Of a stretch of 64,000 nt of DNA, positions 1 to 9,637 are shown piece after piece. Origin of the DNA: an uncultured Roseicyclus sp. GTDB taxonomy: Bacteria > Pseudomonadota > Alphaproteobacteria > Rhodobacterales > Rhodobacteraceae. The DNA lies in contig CANLXA010000004.1 of assembly GCA_947494975.1 (NCBI GenBank), positions 341,001-405,000 on the forward strand. Reading direction: 5' to 3'. Numbering within the stretch: position 1 is the first letter of the stretch; each line of letters begins with the position of its first letter. The notes beneath the pieces are model-generated. The model worked only from the letters and a program-made list of their open reading frames with translations, did not search any database and was not told where the DNA came from. A program made the position numbers and the translations under genes.

Positions 1-2777
1 GCGCCGCCCCGAACGAAATCCGCGCCGCTTCCGGCATAAACGGTGTCGTTACCGGCGCCACCTGTCACCTGGTCGAGCCCGTCGCCGGACGCGATCGTGA
101 GGTTCTCGGTGCTGCCGGTCGCATCGATGGTGTCATTCCCGGTGAAGCCCTCGATCCGTTCAACAGACACCCAAGCCCCGATATTGATCGAGATACCCGA
201 GGCGTTGTTGACGATCGCGGTGTCGAAGCCGGATCCGCCATCGGCCACGAAATCCCCCGTCTCGCCGATGAAGAACTGATCGTTTCCGCCGCCACCATCG
301 AAGGTATCGTTGCCCATGCCACCCTGCATCGTGTCATCCCCATCGCCGCCGCTGAGCACGTCGTTGCCGTCGCCGCCGAGGAGGATGTCGGCCTGTGCGC
401 CGCCCGTCAGATTGTCGGCCCCACCGGCCCCGAGCAGCACCTTTGCGTCGGTTGCGCCGGAGGCATCGATCGTGTCGTTTCCGGTAAACCCGACGATACG
501 CTCCACCGACAGCCAGCCGCCAACGGCCAGCGACAGGCCGGAGCCCGCATTCACCAGCGCGCGGTCATAGCCGCCGCCGCCATCCACGATGCTGTCGCCA
601 TTGTCGGAGATGTAGAAGAGATCGTTATCGGCCCCGCCGGTGAAGGTGTCATTACCGGTGCCGCCAAGCATCACGTTCTGGCCGTCGCCGCCGGTCAGGG
701 CGTCGGCCCCGGCGCCACCGAGAAGAGTGTCATCCCCGGCACCTCCGGTGAGTCTGTCTGCACCATCACTGCCGAACAGCACGAGGCTGGCGCTTTGGGT
801 GCTTGCATCAATCGTATCGTCACCCAGGTGACCGTTGACGCGCTCCACCCCGCCCCAGCCGGCCATGTCGAGATTTTGGCCGGTGAGTTCCGTCACTTGT
901 GCGCGGTCGTATCCGCTTGGGCCGGTATCGGTCACGACATCACCGGTGGTGACATAGAAGATATCGGATTCCGCCCCGCCATCCATCGTGTCGGCCCCCG
1001 CGCCACCGATCAGGATATCGGTGCTGTCATCGCCATAAAGGACATCGTCCTGCGCGCCGCCGATCAGCGTGTCGGCTCCGGCCCCGCCCCGCAACGTGTC
1101 TTGCCCATCATCGCCGCGCAGGCTGTCGGCGCCCATGCCGCCCTCGATCGAATCGTTATCCGCCCCCCCGGCGATACTGTCGTTTCCGCCCCCCCCGAGC
1201 AGGGTGTCATCACCCGCTTGCCCGTCGAGCGTGTCCTGCCCGCCATTTCCGGTGAGCGTGTTGGCCACTGCATTGCCGATGACGGAGTCGTCGCCGGACC
1301 CGGCCACGAACTCCTCGATCATCGAGCCGCGGGCAATCCACATATTGTCGTTGCGGCCCGATCCGTAGGCGTTGAACACGGTCGACAGGGTTTCATCCTT
1401 GAGCGACACGATCTGATCGTTCGTATCGGTGGAAAAGTCGATTTTGTCGCGTCCCCCGACATCGGTGATCGTGAAGGACATCGGCGTGGTGTCGAAGTAA
1501 TTATTCGGGTCGAGCCCGGTGGTGAGATAATCGAAGGCGGCGGCAAGGTAGCTGCCGTAATCGTTGATCTCCGTCCCGGCGAAGGCGTTGGCGAAGGTGT
1601 GGCCCACACCGTAGATCGTATCGCCCGCTGTTGGGCTGTTGCCGGTATCCGCCGCGCCATAAAGCGCCTGAAGCGCAATCACGTCGATCACCATCGGGGA
1701 GATCGTGTTGGCAAAGCCCGCGCCGGTATAGAGGCTTTCATCCTGGTTGAAGTAGGACATCATCGACATCAGCCAGCTGTCGTTGGCAAACGTGTTGTCC
1801 ACACCGAAGGTCGCGTTGCCGTTATAGGCGCCCTGATGCCCAAGGCCCAAGGCGTGCCCGATTTCGTGCAGATAGGTCTGAAACGCGTAGTCGTTGATCC
1901 CGGTGCCATTATTGGCCAGCCAGGCCGTGCTGACGTTGATCCAGCTGCGCTGCGTATCGCCCGAGCCGTTCGCGACGTAGCTGGCAAAGGCGCCGCTGTC
2001 ATCGTCATAGAAGGTCATGTCCGCGAAATTGTAGGCGTTGAAGCCGGGCGCATCGGGATCGAACGTGCCGGGCACGATCACCAGATCGAATTTGACATCG
2101 ATGATCTGCTCGAAGGCCTGGAACGACCACATGGCCAGTTTCTGGCCTTCCGCGGTGAGTCGCGAGATATCGACCGTGATCACGTTGCTGACCGACGTAT
2201 CAAAGGAATGGCGCGCGCCGCCGCGGCTGACCCAGAAGCCGTCCGTGAGAAAATCGGCCAGCTCATCATGGGTGCCGAAGGGCATGGAGCCGCTATCGAG
2301 CATCGTGGTGAGGCGATAGCCGCCCGAGCCGCCGTTATTGTAGCTGCCGATATCGATGTAATAGGTGCCCGTCGCGTCGGCGGTGAAGCCAAGCGAGGCG
2401 TGAAACCCCGCGCTTGCATCGTCGTTGAGCGCAATGATCGTGCCATCGGCATCGCGGATCCGGATGATCGAATCGCTGAGCGCCGCAGACCCGTTGCCCG
2501 CGATGGTGAACACGTAGGTGCTGCCCGCCGTCAGCTCGATGGCGACAAGATCCCTGTCTCCGGTGGGCGACAGATCGCCGATGAACGTATCGGCAACCTC
2601 GATTGCATAGGTGGTCGACGTGTCGCTTGCCGCATCCGCGGTTTCGGAAATGCTTGCGTTGGACGTCACACGCGGGGGCGGTGACGCGGTTGTGTCGGTA
2701 TCGGGGGGCACGAGCCCAAGGGCGCGATAGGTGCAATCGTCGAGATAGGGCGCGAAGGCAGCACAAGTTGTACACAT
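1..2777 (-). CDS. Serralysin-like M10 zinc metalloprotease with PPC-like domain and RTX Ca-binding repeats (3' end runs off the window)
   Basis: Manual minus-strand translation from ATG at 2777 (MCTTCAAFAPYL...). Contains the HEIGHALGLGH zinc motif (~1836-1868) and many GGxGxDxL nonapeptides. No stop before position 1, so it is absent from the ORF track. Confidence 0.9.
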   Translation of the reverse strand, partial: MCTTCAAFAPYLDDCTYRALGLVPPDTDTTASPPPRVTSNASISETADAASDTSTTYAIEVADTFIGDLSPTGDRDLVAIELTAGSTYVFTIAGNGSAALSDSIIRIRDADGTIIALNDDASAGFHASLGFTADATGTYYIDIGSYNNGGSGGYRLTTMLDSGSMPFGTHDELADFLTDGFWVSRGGARHSFDTSVSNVITVDISRLTAEGQKLAMWSFQAFEQIIDVKFDLVIVPGTFDPDAPGFNAYNFADMTFYDDDSGAFASYVANGSGDTQRSWINVSTAWLANNGTGINDYAFQTYLHEIGHALGLGHQGAYNGNATFGVDNTFANDSWLMSMMSYFNQDESLYTGAGFANTISPMVIDVIALQALYGAADTGNSPTAGDTIYGVGHTFANAFAGTEINDYGSYLAAAFDYLTTGLDPNNYFDTTPMSFTITDVGGRDKIDFSTDTNDQIVSLKDETLSTVFNAYGSGRNDNMWIARGSMIEEFVAGSGDDSVIGNAVANTLTGNGGQDTLDGQAGDDTLLGGGGNDSIAGGADNDSIEGGMGADSLRGDDGQDTLRGGAGADTLIGGAQDDVLYGDDSTDILIGGAGADTMDGGAESDIFYVTTGDVVTDTGPSGYDRAQVTELTGQNLDMAGWGGVERVNGHLGDDTIDASTQSASLVLFGSDGADRLTGGAGDDTLLGGAGADALTGGDGQNVMLGGTGNDTFTGGADNDLFYISDNGDSIVDGGGGYDRALVNAGSGLSLAVGGWLSVERIVGFTGNDTIDASGATDAKVLLGAGGADNLTGGAQADILLGGDGNDVLSGGDGDDTMQGGMGNDTFDGGGGNDQFFIGETGDFVADGGSGFDTAIVNNASGISINIGAWVSVERIEGFTGNDTIDATGSTENLTIASGDGLDQVTGGAGNDTVYAGSGADFVRGG

Positions 2778-3040
2778 ATCTACCGGGCCTCAACTGGTTG
2801 CGATCAGGCGGATCGGGGTTCGGTGATGTGGTAGGGGCGGCTGCATGCGCCATAGGTTCAAGGCGGAACGCGGACAGGCTCTGTCGCCCAAGACAGGGCG
2901 ATACGCGCCGAAATCCTCAAGTCCTGTCATCTCTTGATCCCTGCTATCCCGGCCCCAGCCCCAAGCGGCGCACGCACCGCCACAACCGGCCCTATGCGGC
3001 GGCGGCATCCGTGGCCGGACCCGCTTTTACCCAATAGGCG

Positions 3041-3056
3041 TTAATCAGCATCTAAC
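3041..3056. promoter_or_regulatory. CtrA-box-like site TTAA-N7-CTAAC
   Basis: ttaatcagcatctaac is one mismatch from TTAA-N7-TTAAC. It lies in the divergent protease/gpmI intergenic region. Confidence 0.35.
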
Positions 3057-3198
3057 GTCGGACCGGTAGCGGCCCCGCCGGGGTGGGGTGCGGGCCCCAC
3101 GGGGCGATTCCGTGGCGAAAACCCGGCCAAATCTTTGTCACTCCCTACAAAGCCTGATACCCATCGCGAACCACCGAAAAGACAAGCGGTTTTTGAGC

Positions 3199-4719
3199 AT
3201 GAGCAATCCACCCAAACCTGTTGTCCTGTGCATCCTTGACGGCTGGGGCATTGGCACAACCGAGGCGGATAATGCGCCCTTGCAGGCGGACACGCCGGTA
3301 ATGGATCGGCTGATGCAGACCTGCCCCAACGCCACCCTTCTGACCCATGGCCGCGATGTGGGCCTGCCCGAGGGGCAGATGGGCAACTCCGAGGTCGGAC
3401 ACACCAATATCGGCGCGGGCCGGGTCGTGAAGATGGGTCTGGTGGAGATCAACGATGCGATTGCCGAGGGCTCCTTTGCCCAACGCCCGGCGCTGCTCGA
3501 TTTTATCCAGACGCTGAAGGAGAGCGGCGGCACCGCCCATCTGATGGGCCTGGTCAGCGATGGCGGCGTGCATTCGCAGCTGACGCATCTGGAGGCGGCG
3601 GTGAAGGTGATCGCCGAGGCGGGCGTGCCGGTGGCGATCCATGCGATCACCGACGGGCGCGACGTGGCGCCGAAATCCGCGGCGGATTTCGTGACGGGCC
3701 TGCTGGAGCGGCTGCCCGATGGCGTACGGGTGGCGACGGTGCTGGGCCGCTATTTCGCGATGGATCGCGACAATCGCTGGGATCGGGTGGAGCTTGCCTA
3801 TGACGCCATGGTGCGCGGACAGGGGGAGGCGGCAACGGATGCGGATGCCGCGATCGAGGCGGCCTACGAGAACGGCAAGACCGACGAATTCATCCCACCG
3901 TGCGTGATTGATGACTATACCGGGATGGCCGATGGCGACGGCCTCTACATGCTCAATTACCGCGCCGACCGCGCGCGCGAGATCCTTGCGGCGATGGGCG
4001 ATCCGGATTTCGACAAGTTCGACATCGACGGGCGGCCCGATTTTGCCGCCAAGTTGGGGATGGTGGATTATTCCAAGGCCCACGACGCCTACATGACTAC
4101 CGTCTTTCCCAAGCAGGAGATCGTGAACACGCTGGGTGAATGGGTCGCCAAGGCCGGGCTGCGGCAGTTTCGGCTGGCCGAGACCGAGAAATACCCCCAC
4201 GTCACGTTCTTCCTGAACGGCGGGGTCGAGGTGCCGGAGGAGGGGGAGGATCGCTACATGCCGAAATCCCCGGACGTCGCCACCTACGATCTCCAGCCCG
4301 AGATGAGCGCCGGTGAAGTGACGGAGCATCTCGTGAGGGCGATCCGGGACGGCTATGACCTGATCGTGGTGAACTACGCCAACCCCGACATGGTGGGCCA
4401 TACCGGGGATCTGGCCGCTGCCATGGCAGCTTGCGAGGCGGTGGATCAGGGCCTTGGCCAAGCCATCGACGCGTTGCATGACGTGAGTGGCGCGATGATC
4501 ATCTGCGCGGATCACGGCAATTGCGAAACCATGGTGGACCCGGAGACCGGCGGCCCCCACACGGCCCATACGACGAACCTGGTGCCGGTTATCCTGGTCG
4601 GTGGTGCGGAGGGCATGGGGCTGCGCAACGGGCGGCTGGCGGATCTGGCACCCAGCCTGTTGCAGCTGATGGCGCTGGACCAGCCCGAAGAGATGACCGG
4701 ACAGAGCCTTCTGACATGA
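3199..4719 (+). CDS. gpmI: 2,3-bisphosphoglycerate-independent phosphoglycerate mutase
   Basis: PVVLCILDGWG, GQMGNSEVGH, ETEKYPHVTFF, NPDMVGHTG and ADHGN motifs; start reassigned to MSNPPKP. Confidence 0.97.
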   Translation: MSNPPKPVVLCILDGWGIGTTEADNAPLQADTPVMDRLMQTCPNATLLTHGRDVGLPEGQMGNSEVGHTNIGAGRVVKMGLVEINDAIAEGSFAQRPALLDFIQTLKESGGTAHLMGLVSDGGVHSQLTHLEAAVKVIAEAGVPVAIHAITDGRDVAPKSAADFVTGLLERLPDGVRVATVLGRYFAMDRDNRWDRVELAYDAMVRGQGEAATDADAAIEAAYENGKTDEFIPPCVIDDYTGMADGDGLYMLNYRADRAREILAAMGDPDFDKFDIDGRPDFAAKLGMVDYSKAHDAYMTTVFPKQEIVNTLGEWVAKAGLRQFRLAETEKYPHVTFFLNGGVEVPEEGEDRYMPKSPDVATYDLQPEMSAGEVTEHLVRAIRDGYDLIVVNYANPDMVGHTGDLAAAMAACEAVDQGLGQAIDALHDVSGAMIICADHGNCETMVDPETGGPHTAHTTNLVPVILVGGAEGMGLRNGRLADLAPSLLQLMALDQPEEMTGQSLLT

Positions 4720-5834
4720 TCCGCGCGCTTGCCCTTCTGTTTGCCTTTGCGGCCCCGCTTTCGGCGCAGACCGATCCGGGTCAGACGGCGCGCGACGCGA
4801 TCCGGATGCTGGAGGATGCCGCCGCCGCCCTGACCGAGGCCGAGGGCGCGCGGGATCAGGTTGAGGCGCTGACCGCGACGGTGCAGGCCTATGAAAGCGG
4901 CCTCGACGCCCTGCGCGCCGGGATTCGCGACGCGGCGCTGCGCGAACGCACGATCCTGCTGGTGTTCGAGGCGGAGCGGGAGAGATTGGCGCAACTGCTA
5001 GGGGTTTTGCAGCGCATCGAAGAGGCGCCCGCGCCGGTAACATTGCTCCATCCCGAGGGGCCGGTGGGCACGGCGCGGCTGGGTATGATCGTTGCCGATG
5101 TCACGCCCGCCGTGGCCCGGCAGGCCACGGGCCTGCGCACACAGCTTGAAGAGCTTGCCGTTCTACGCGCCTTGCAAGACAGCGCGGTGGGGCAATTGGA
5201 GGCCGGATTGCAGGGCGTGCAACGGGCGCGCACCGAGTTGAGCCAGGCGATCGCCGACCGGGTGGACCTGCCGGAGCGGTTCTCGCATGATGCTGCCGCG
5301 ATGCAGCAGATCGTGCAAAGCGTCGACAATCTGGGCAGCTTTATCGAGGTTTTGGGAGACACACCCGCCGAGACCAGCGCGGCCCTGCCGGACTTCGAGG
5401 CGGCGCGCGGGACGCTGGCGGTTCCGGCCCGTGGAACGCTCCTGCGCCGCTTTGATGAGGCCGATGCAGCAGGCATCGCCCGGCCCGGTATACTCTACGC
5501 CGTGTCGTCCCGCGCCCTGCTGACCGCACCCTGGCCGGCATCCATCCGCTATGCCGGGCCGCTTCTGGATTACGGAAATGTCATTATCCTGGAGCCCGAT
5601 GCGGATTATCTACTTATTCTGGCGGGGGCAGGTGATCTGTTTGTCACCGCTGGTGAACTGGTTCCGGCGGACGCGCCACTGGGCCTGATGCCGGGGGAAA
5701 CCGACACCTTTGGCGCGGATTTGATCGTTTCCGATGCGCAAGGCAGTGGCGCCGGGCTGACGGAAACGCTTTATATAGAGTTGAGACAGGGCGGGAGCCC
5801 GGTGAACCCGCTGGACTGGTTCGCCGCGGATTAG
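4716..5834 (+). CDS. envC: Murein hydrolase activator EnvC family (coiled coil plus degenerate M23 domain)
   Basis: Signal peptide MIRALALLFAFAAPLSAQ, long coiled coil, YAGPLLDYGNVIIL and LYIELR...PVNP; ATGA overlap with gpmI. Confidence 0.85.
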   Translation: MIRALALLFAFAAPLSAQTDPGQTARDAIRMLEDAAAALTEAEGARDQVEALTATVQAYESGLDALRAGIRDAALRERTILLVFEAERERLAQLLGVLQRIEEAPAPVTLLHPEGPVGTARLGMIVADVTPAVARQATGLRTQLEELAVLRALQDSAVGQLEAGLQGVQRARTELSQAIADRVDLPERFSHDAAAMQQIVQSVDNLGSFIEVLGDTPAETSAALPDFEAARGTLAVPARGTLLRRFDEADAAGIARPGILYAVSSRALLTAPWPASIRYAGPLLDYGNVIILEPDADYLLILAGAGDLFVTAGELVPADAPLGLMPGETDTFGADLIVSDAQGSGAGLTETLYIELRQGGSPVNPLDWFAAD

Positions 5835-5868
5835 GCCCCGCGATGGCAGATAGAGAGGACGACGATCG

Positions 5869-7194
5869 ATGAAAAAACTGATGTATGCGGCCGTGGGCGG
5901 CATTATCGGCGGAGCGGTGTTGAGCACCCAGGTGGCCGGGCCGTTGCTGGCGCAGGAACAGGTGCGCAATGCGTCAGTCTATGAACAGCTCGATCTGTTC
6001 GGAGACATCTTTGAGCGAATCCGCCAGAATTACGTGGAAGAAGTGGACGAGGCCGAGCTGATCGAAGCGGCGATCAACGGGATGCTGATCTCGCTCGATC
6101 CGCATTCAAGCTACATCTCGGCCAATGACTTCGAAGATATGCAGGTGCAGACCCGCGGAGAATTCGGCGGCCTGGGCATCGAAGTGACGCAGGAAGACGG
6201 CTTCGTGCGCGTGATCACGCCGATGGATGACACACCGGCCATGGACGCGGGCGTGGAGGCCGGAGACTTCATCACCCATGTTGACGGCGAAGCGCTTCTG
6301 GGGCTGACGTTGAGCGAGGCGGTGGATCTGATGCGTGGCCCCGTAGGCAGCGATATCCAGATCACCATCGTGCGCGAGGGTGCCGACGAGCCCTTCGATC
6401 TGGTCATCACCCGGGACCGCATCCAGCTGACGGCGGTGCGCGCGCGGCTGGAGGGCAATACGGCGATCCTGCGGGTCTCGACCTTCAGCGACCAGACCTT
6501 CCCGAACCTGCGCGACGGGTTGGAGGGGCTGATCGAGGAACTGGGCGGGCTGGAGAACCTCAACGGTGTCGTTCTGGACCTGCGCAACAATCCCGGTGGC
6601 CTGCTGACGCAGGCGATCCGCGTCTCAGACGCCTTCTTGGAGCAGGGCGAGATCGTTTCGACCCGGGGCCGCGAGCCGCAAGATGGCGAGCGCTACAACG
6701 CCACACCGGGTGACATGATCGAGGGTCGTCCGATGGTCGTGCTGATCAATGGCGGGTCGGCCTCGGCCTCCGAGATCGTGGCCGGTGCGTTGCAGGATCA
6801 TCGCCGCGCGGTGATCGTGGGCACCAATTCCTTCGGCAAGGGGTCTGTTCAATCGGTGATGCCGCTCGCCGGGTCCGGGGCAATGCGCCTGACGACGTCG
6901 CTCTATTACACGCCGTCGGGTCGGTCGATCCAGGCCTTGGGTGTTGCGCCTGATATCATCGTGGAACAGCGCGATCCCATCATCGAGGAAGAGGATGAAG
7001 ATGGCCTTCCGGCGCGGACCGAGGCCAGCTTGCGCGGAGCGATTGAAAACTCGTCTCTCACCGAGGATGAGTTGCGCCTGCTGGAAGAAGAGCGGGCCGC
7101 GGTGGAAGCCACGGCAGCTTTGCGCAACGAGGATTATCAGCTGGCCTATGCCATCGATATCCTGACCGGCCTGAACGCCCTCGGGCCGAACTGA
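5869..7194 (+). CDS. ctpA: Carboxyl-terminal processing protease, S41 family
   Basis: LDPHSSY, GEFGGLGIEV (PDZ), DLRNNPGG and GSASASEIVAGALQD motifs. Confidence 0.95.
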   Translation: MKKLMYAAVGGIIGGAVLSTQVAGPLLAQEQVRNASVYEQLDLFGDIFERIRQNYVEEVDEAELIEAAINGMLISLDPHSSYISANDFEDMQVQTRGEFGGLGIEVTQEDGFVRVITPMDDTPAMDAGVEAGDFITHVDGEALLGLTLSEAVDLMRGPVGSDIQITIVREGADEPFDLVITRDRIQLTAVRARLEGNTAILRVSTFSDQTFPNLRDGLEGLIEELGGLENLNGVVLDLRNNPGGLLTQAIRVSDAFLEQGEIVSTRGREPQDGERYNATPGDMIEGRPMVVLINGGSASASEIVAGALQDHRRAVIVGTNSFGKGSVQSVMPLAGSGAMRLTTSLYYTPSGRSIQALGVAPDIIVEQRDPIIEEEDEDGLPARTEASLRGAIENSSLTEDELRLLEEERAAVEATAALRNEDYQLAYAIDILTGLNALGPN

Positions 7195-7197
7195 GGC

Positions 7198-7683
7198 TTG
7201 GCTGAGTTGACGCCTGAGGAGGCTGCAAAGCTTCCCTATCGCCCTTGCGTGGGGGTCGTTCTGACCAATGCGCAAGGGCGTATCTTTGCGGGCCAACGGG
7301 CGGATATGGACACGCCCGCCTGGCAGATGCCCCAGGGCGGTGTGGACGAAGGTGAAGACCCGCTCGATGCCGCCTATCGCGAGTTGGAGGAGGAGACGGG
7401 GGTGGAGCGCACCGATGTGTCTTTTGTTCGCCAGACCGCCGATTGGCTGCACTACGATCTGCCGCTTGACGTGATCCCGCACCGCTGGAAAGGCCGGTTT
7501 CGCGGGCAGGCGCAGATGTGGGTGCAGTTCCGCCTCGACGTGCCGGACGACGTCATCAACCTGACCCATAAGGATGAGGAATTCAGCGATTGGCGGTGGA
7601 TGGAGGCGGCGGAGCTTCTGGATGCGATCGTGCCGTTCAAACGTGATATCTACGCCGCGGTCCTTGCGGAATTCGGGCTGTAG
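7198..7683 (+). CDS. rppH: RNA pyrophosphohydrolase (Nudix)
   Basis: LPYRPCVG, WQMPQGGVDEGE...AAYRELEEETG Nudix box, RGQAQMW; TTG start. Confidence 0.92.
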   Translation: MAELTPEEAAKLPYRPCVGVVLTNAQGRIFAGQRADMDTPAWQMPQGGVDEGEDPLDAAYRELEEETGVERTDVSFVRQTADWLHYDLPLDVIPHRWKGRFRGQAQMWVQFRLDVPDDVINLTHKDEEFSDWRWMEAAELLDAIVPFKRDIYAAVLAEFGL

Positions 7684-7774
7684 GCCCGTCGCGACCAATA
7701 GAGGCCTTCCCTACCCGACAAGCCGATACGTTTCTGATAAGGTCATGGAACCTGTCCCTTTTCGGAGACTGCCC

Positions 7775-8260
7775 ATGATCCGCCACACCGCCTTTGCCCT
7801 CGCCCTTATCGCCGCAGGCCCCGCCTCCGCGCTCAGTTGCCTTGCCCCAAGTGTGGAGCAGACCTATGGCTTTGCGGCTGACAGCCCCGAAAATTACGTG
7901 GTCGCCGTCGGGTCCTTGTACGCGACCGGGCCAAGCAACCCGTCGCAAGGCGCGGTGGCCCAAGGCGGCGATATCAACCAGATGGTCGGCTATACCCAGC
8001 CCGCGCGGTTTGACGGCATGGTCTTTACCAGCAGCGGATTCACCAGCCCCTTCAACCAGCAGATCCTGGCGGATGTCACCTGTATCGCGGCGTGGTGCGG
8101 AGCTTACACCGATCAGGCCAATGCCCTGTTTTTCTTCCGCCAAGACGCCGATGGCAGCTATGTGCTCGAGATCAACGCCTGCCCCGGCAACGTGTTTCCG
8201 AACCTGACGCAGGCGCAATTGCAGCAAGTCTCGCAATGCTATCACGGCGGTAATTGCTGA
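7775..8260 (+). CDS. Secreted Cys-rich hypothetical protein
   Basis: RBS GGAGA, signal peptide MIRHTAFALALIAAGPASA, six Cys in the mature part. Confidence 0.75.
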   Translation: MIRHTAFALALIAAGPASALSCLAPSVEQTYGFAADSPENYVVAVGSLYATGPSNPSQGAVAQGGDINQMVGYTQPARFDGMVFTSSGFTSPFNQQILADVTCIAAWCGAYTDQANALFFFRQDADGSYVLEINACPGNVFPNLTQAQLQQVSQCYHGGNC

Positions 8261-8290
8261 ACCGGGTGGTGTGAGCGGAGGAATTGGGCG

Positions 8291-9469
8291 CTAGAGCACC
8301 TGCATCAGGCCCTCGCGCACCATCCGGCGCGCCAGAACCTTCTTGCCCGCATCGTCCAGATCTCCACCCATATCGCCGAGGCGGAAATCGGGTGTTGTGA
8401 GACAATATTCCATCGCCTCTTTCGCGTGGAGCGGCAGGACAATCTCGGCCCCCTGGCAGACAAGGCGCACCTGTTCGTCTTCCTCGATCTCGTAAATCGC
8501 ATAGATCAGATGCGGGCGGCCCCCAACGCGGCTGTCCATATCGAGCGTGTCGAGTGCGGCGATCTGGGCCATCTGACCCTCCACTCGCGGAGCGCGGGCG
8601 GTGAGAAAGTCTTCGCGGAAGCCGGTCAGAAGTTTGCTGATCGGCGCGCCGCCCAGAAGGCCGACAAGTTCCATGAAGGTATCATCATAGCCATCCAGAT
8701 CTGCGCCGTGATTGGCAAAACCGGGCGGTAACGCGCGGCGCATGGCCGGTTCCCGATGGGCCTTGGCGATGACGGCTTCGGCCAGCACATCCGCCCAAGT
8801 GCGGAACATCAGCCCGGTGGTGATATGGAGTGATGTCTCGTCGGTGGCGACGGCATCATGGGCCACACCACGGGGCAGGTAGAGCGTATCGCCGGGCTCC
8901 AGCATGAATCGCATGGTTTCTTCGCCCACATCCATGCCGCGCTCAAACCCCTGGTCGCTGAGCGGGAGTTCAATCGGCGTGGCGTAGACACGCCATTCCT
9001 TGGTGCCGGAGACCTGCAGGACGAGCACATCGTGACTGTCGTAATGGGGATTGAAGCCCTGATTGCCCGGCGGCGTCATGTAGATATTGGTCTGCACGCG
9101 GGCCGACATGGCAGCCTCCATCGCGCGGCAATAGCGCGCCAGTTGCGGCAGGCGCTCATGCAGGCCCGACAGGATCACCGTGGCGCCATCGGCGTGAAGC
9201 TGGTTGACCCGTACGGGATCGACCTGACCGGTTTCATAGGCAAAGTCGGCCGGCGTGATGTGTCCATCGGATTTGGTCACGTTGATCTCGGGATGGGCCA
9301 GGCCCATGGTCGAGACGACGCGGTCGATGTCCCCATAGCTCAGCAGATCGGCGAAATAGCCGGGCTGGCCGCGCTTGATGAGCATCGGTTTCTTCTCGAA
9401 ATACTCGGCAAGGAAGGTTTCGGGCGTCTCGGGCGCAATCGCCCAGTCAAAGCTGAAATCCTGGGTCAT
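8291..9469 (-). CDS. JmjC/Cupin_4 2OG-Fe(II) oxygenase (NO66/RoxA-like) with C-terminal winged-helix-like region
   Basis: FLAEYFEKKP N-terminus, NIYMTP...GFNPHYDSHDVLVLQVSGTKEW (HxD) and LEPGDTLYLPRGVAHDA (distal His). Confidence 0.88.
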   Translation of the reverse strand: MTQDFSFDWAIAPETPETFLAEYFEKKPMLIKRGQPGYFADLLSYGDIDRVVSTMGLAHPEINVTKSDGHITPADFAYETGQVDPVRVNQLHADGATVILSGLHERLPQLARYCRAMEAAMSARVQTNIYMTPPGNQGFNPHYDSHDVLVLQVSGTKEWRVYATPIELPLSDQGFERGMDVGEETMRFMLEPGDTLYLPRGVAHDAVATDETSLHITTGLMFRTWADVLAEAVIAKAHREPAMRRALPPGFANHGADLDGYDDTFMELVGLLGGAPISKLLTGFREDFLTARAPRVEGQMAQIAALDTLDMDSRVGGRPHLIYAIYEIEEDEQVRLVCQGAEIVLPLHAKEAMEYCLTTPDFRLGDMGGDLDDAGKKVLARRMVREGLMQVL

Positions 9470-9637
9470 CGGGGCTCTATCCGCTTGAAATCCGGTCCGT
9501 TATACACAGATCACGGCGGTGCGTATTGTTCAATCTCTCTCAACCAGTGAGGGATTCCACGCATTGACCGGTTGCATCGGATCGTTCAGGGTCCGCGCAA
9601 TCGTAAGCCAGGCATTACAGCAGAGGAGCTTCGTCTC

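Noticed and set aside
795-2684. 629-aa plus-strand ORF
   Set aside because: Antisense shadow of the serralysin-like gene, which has the real motifs; long shadow ORFs are expected at high GC.
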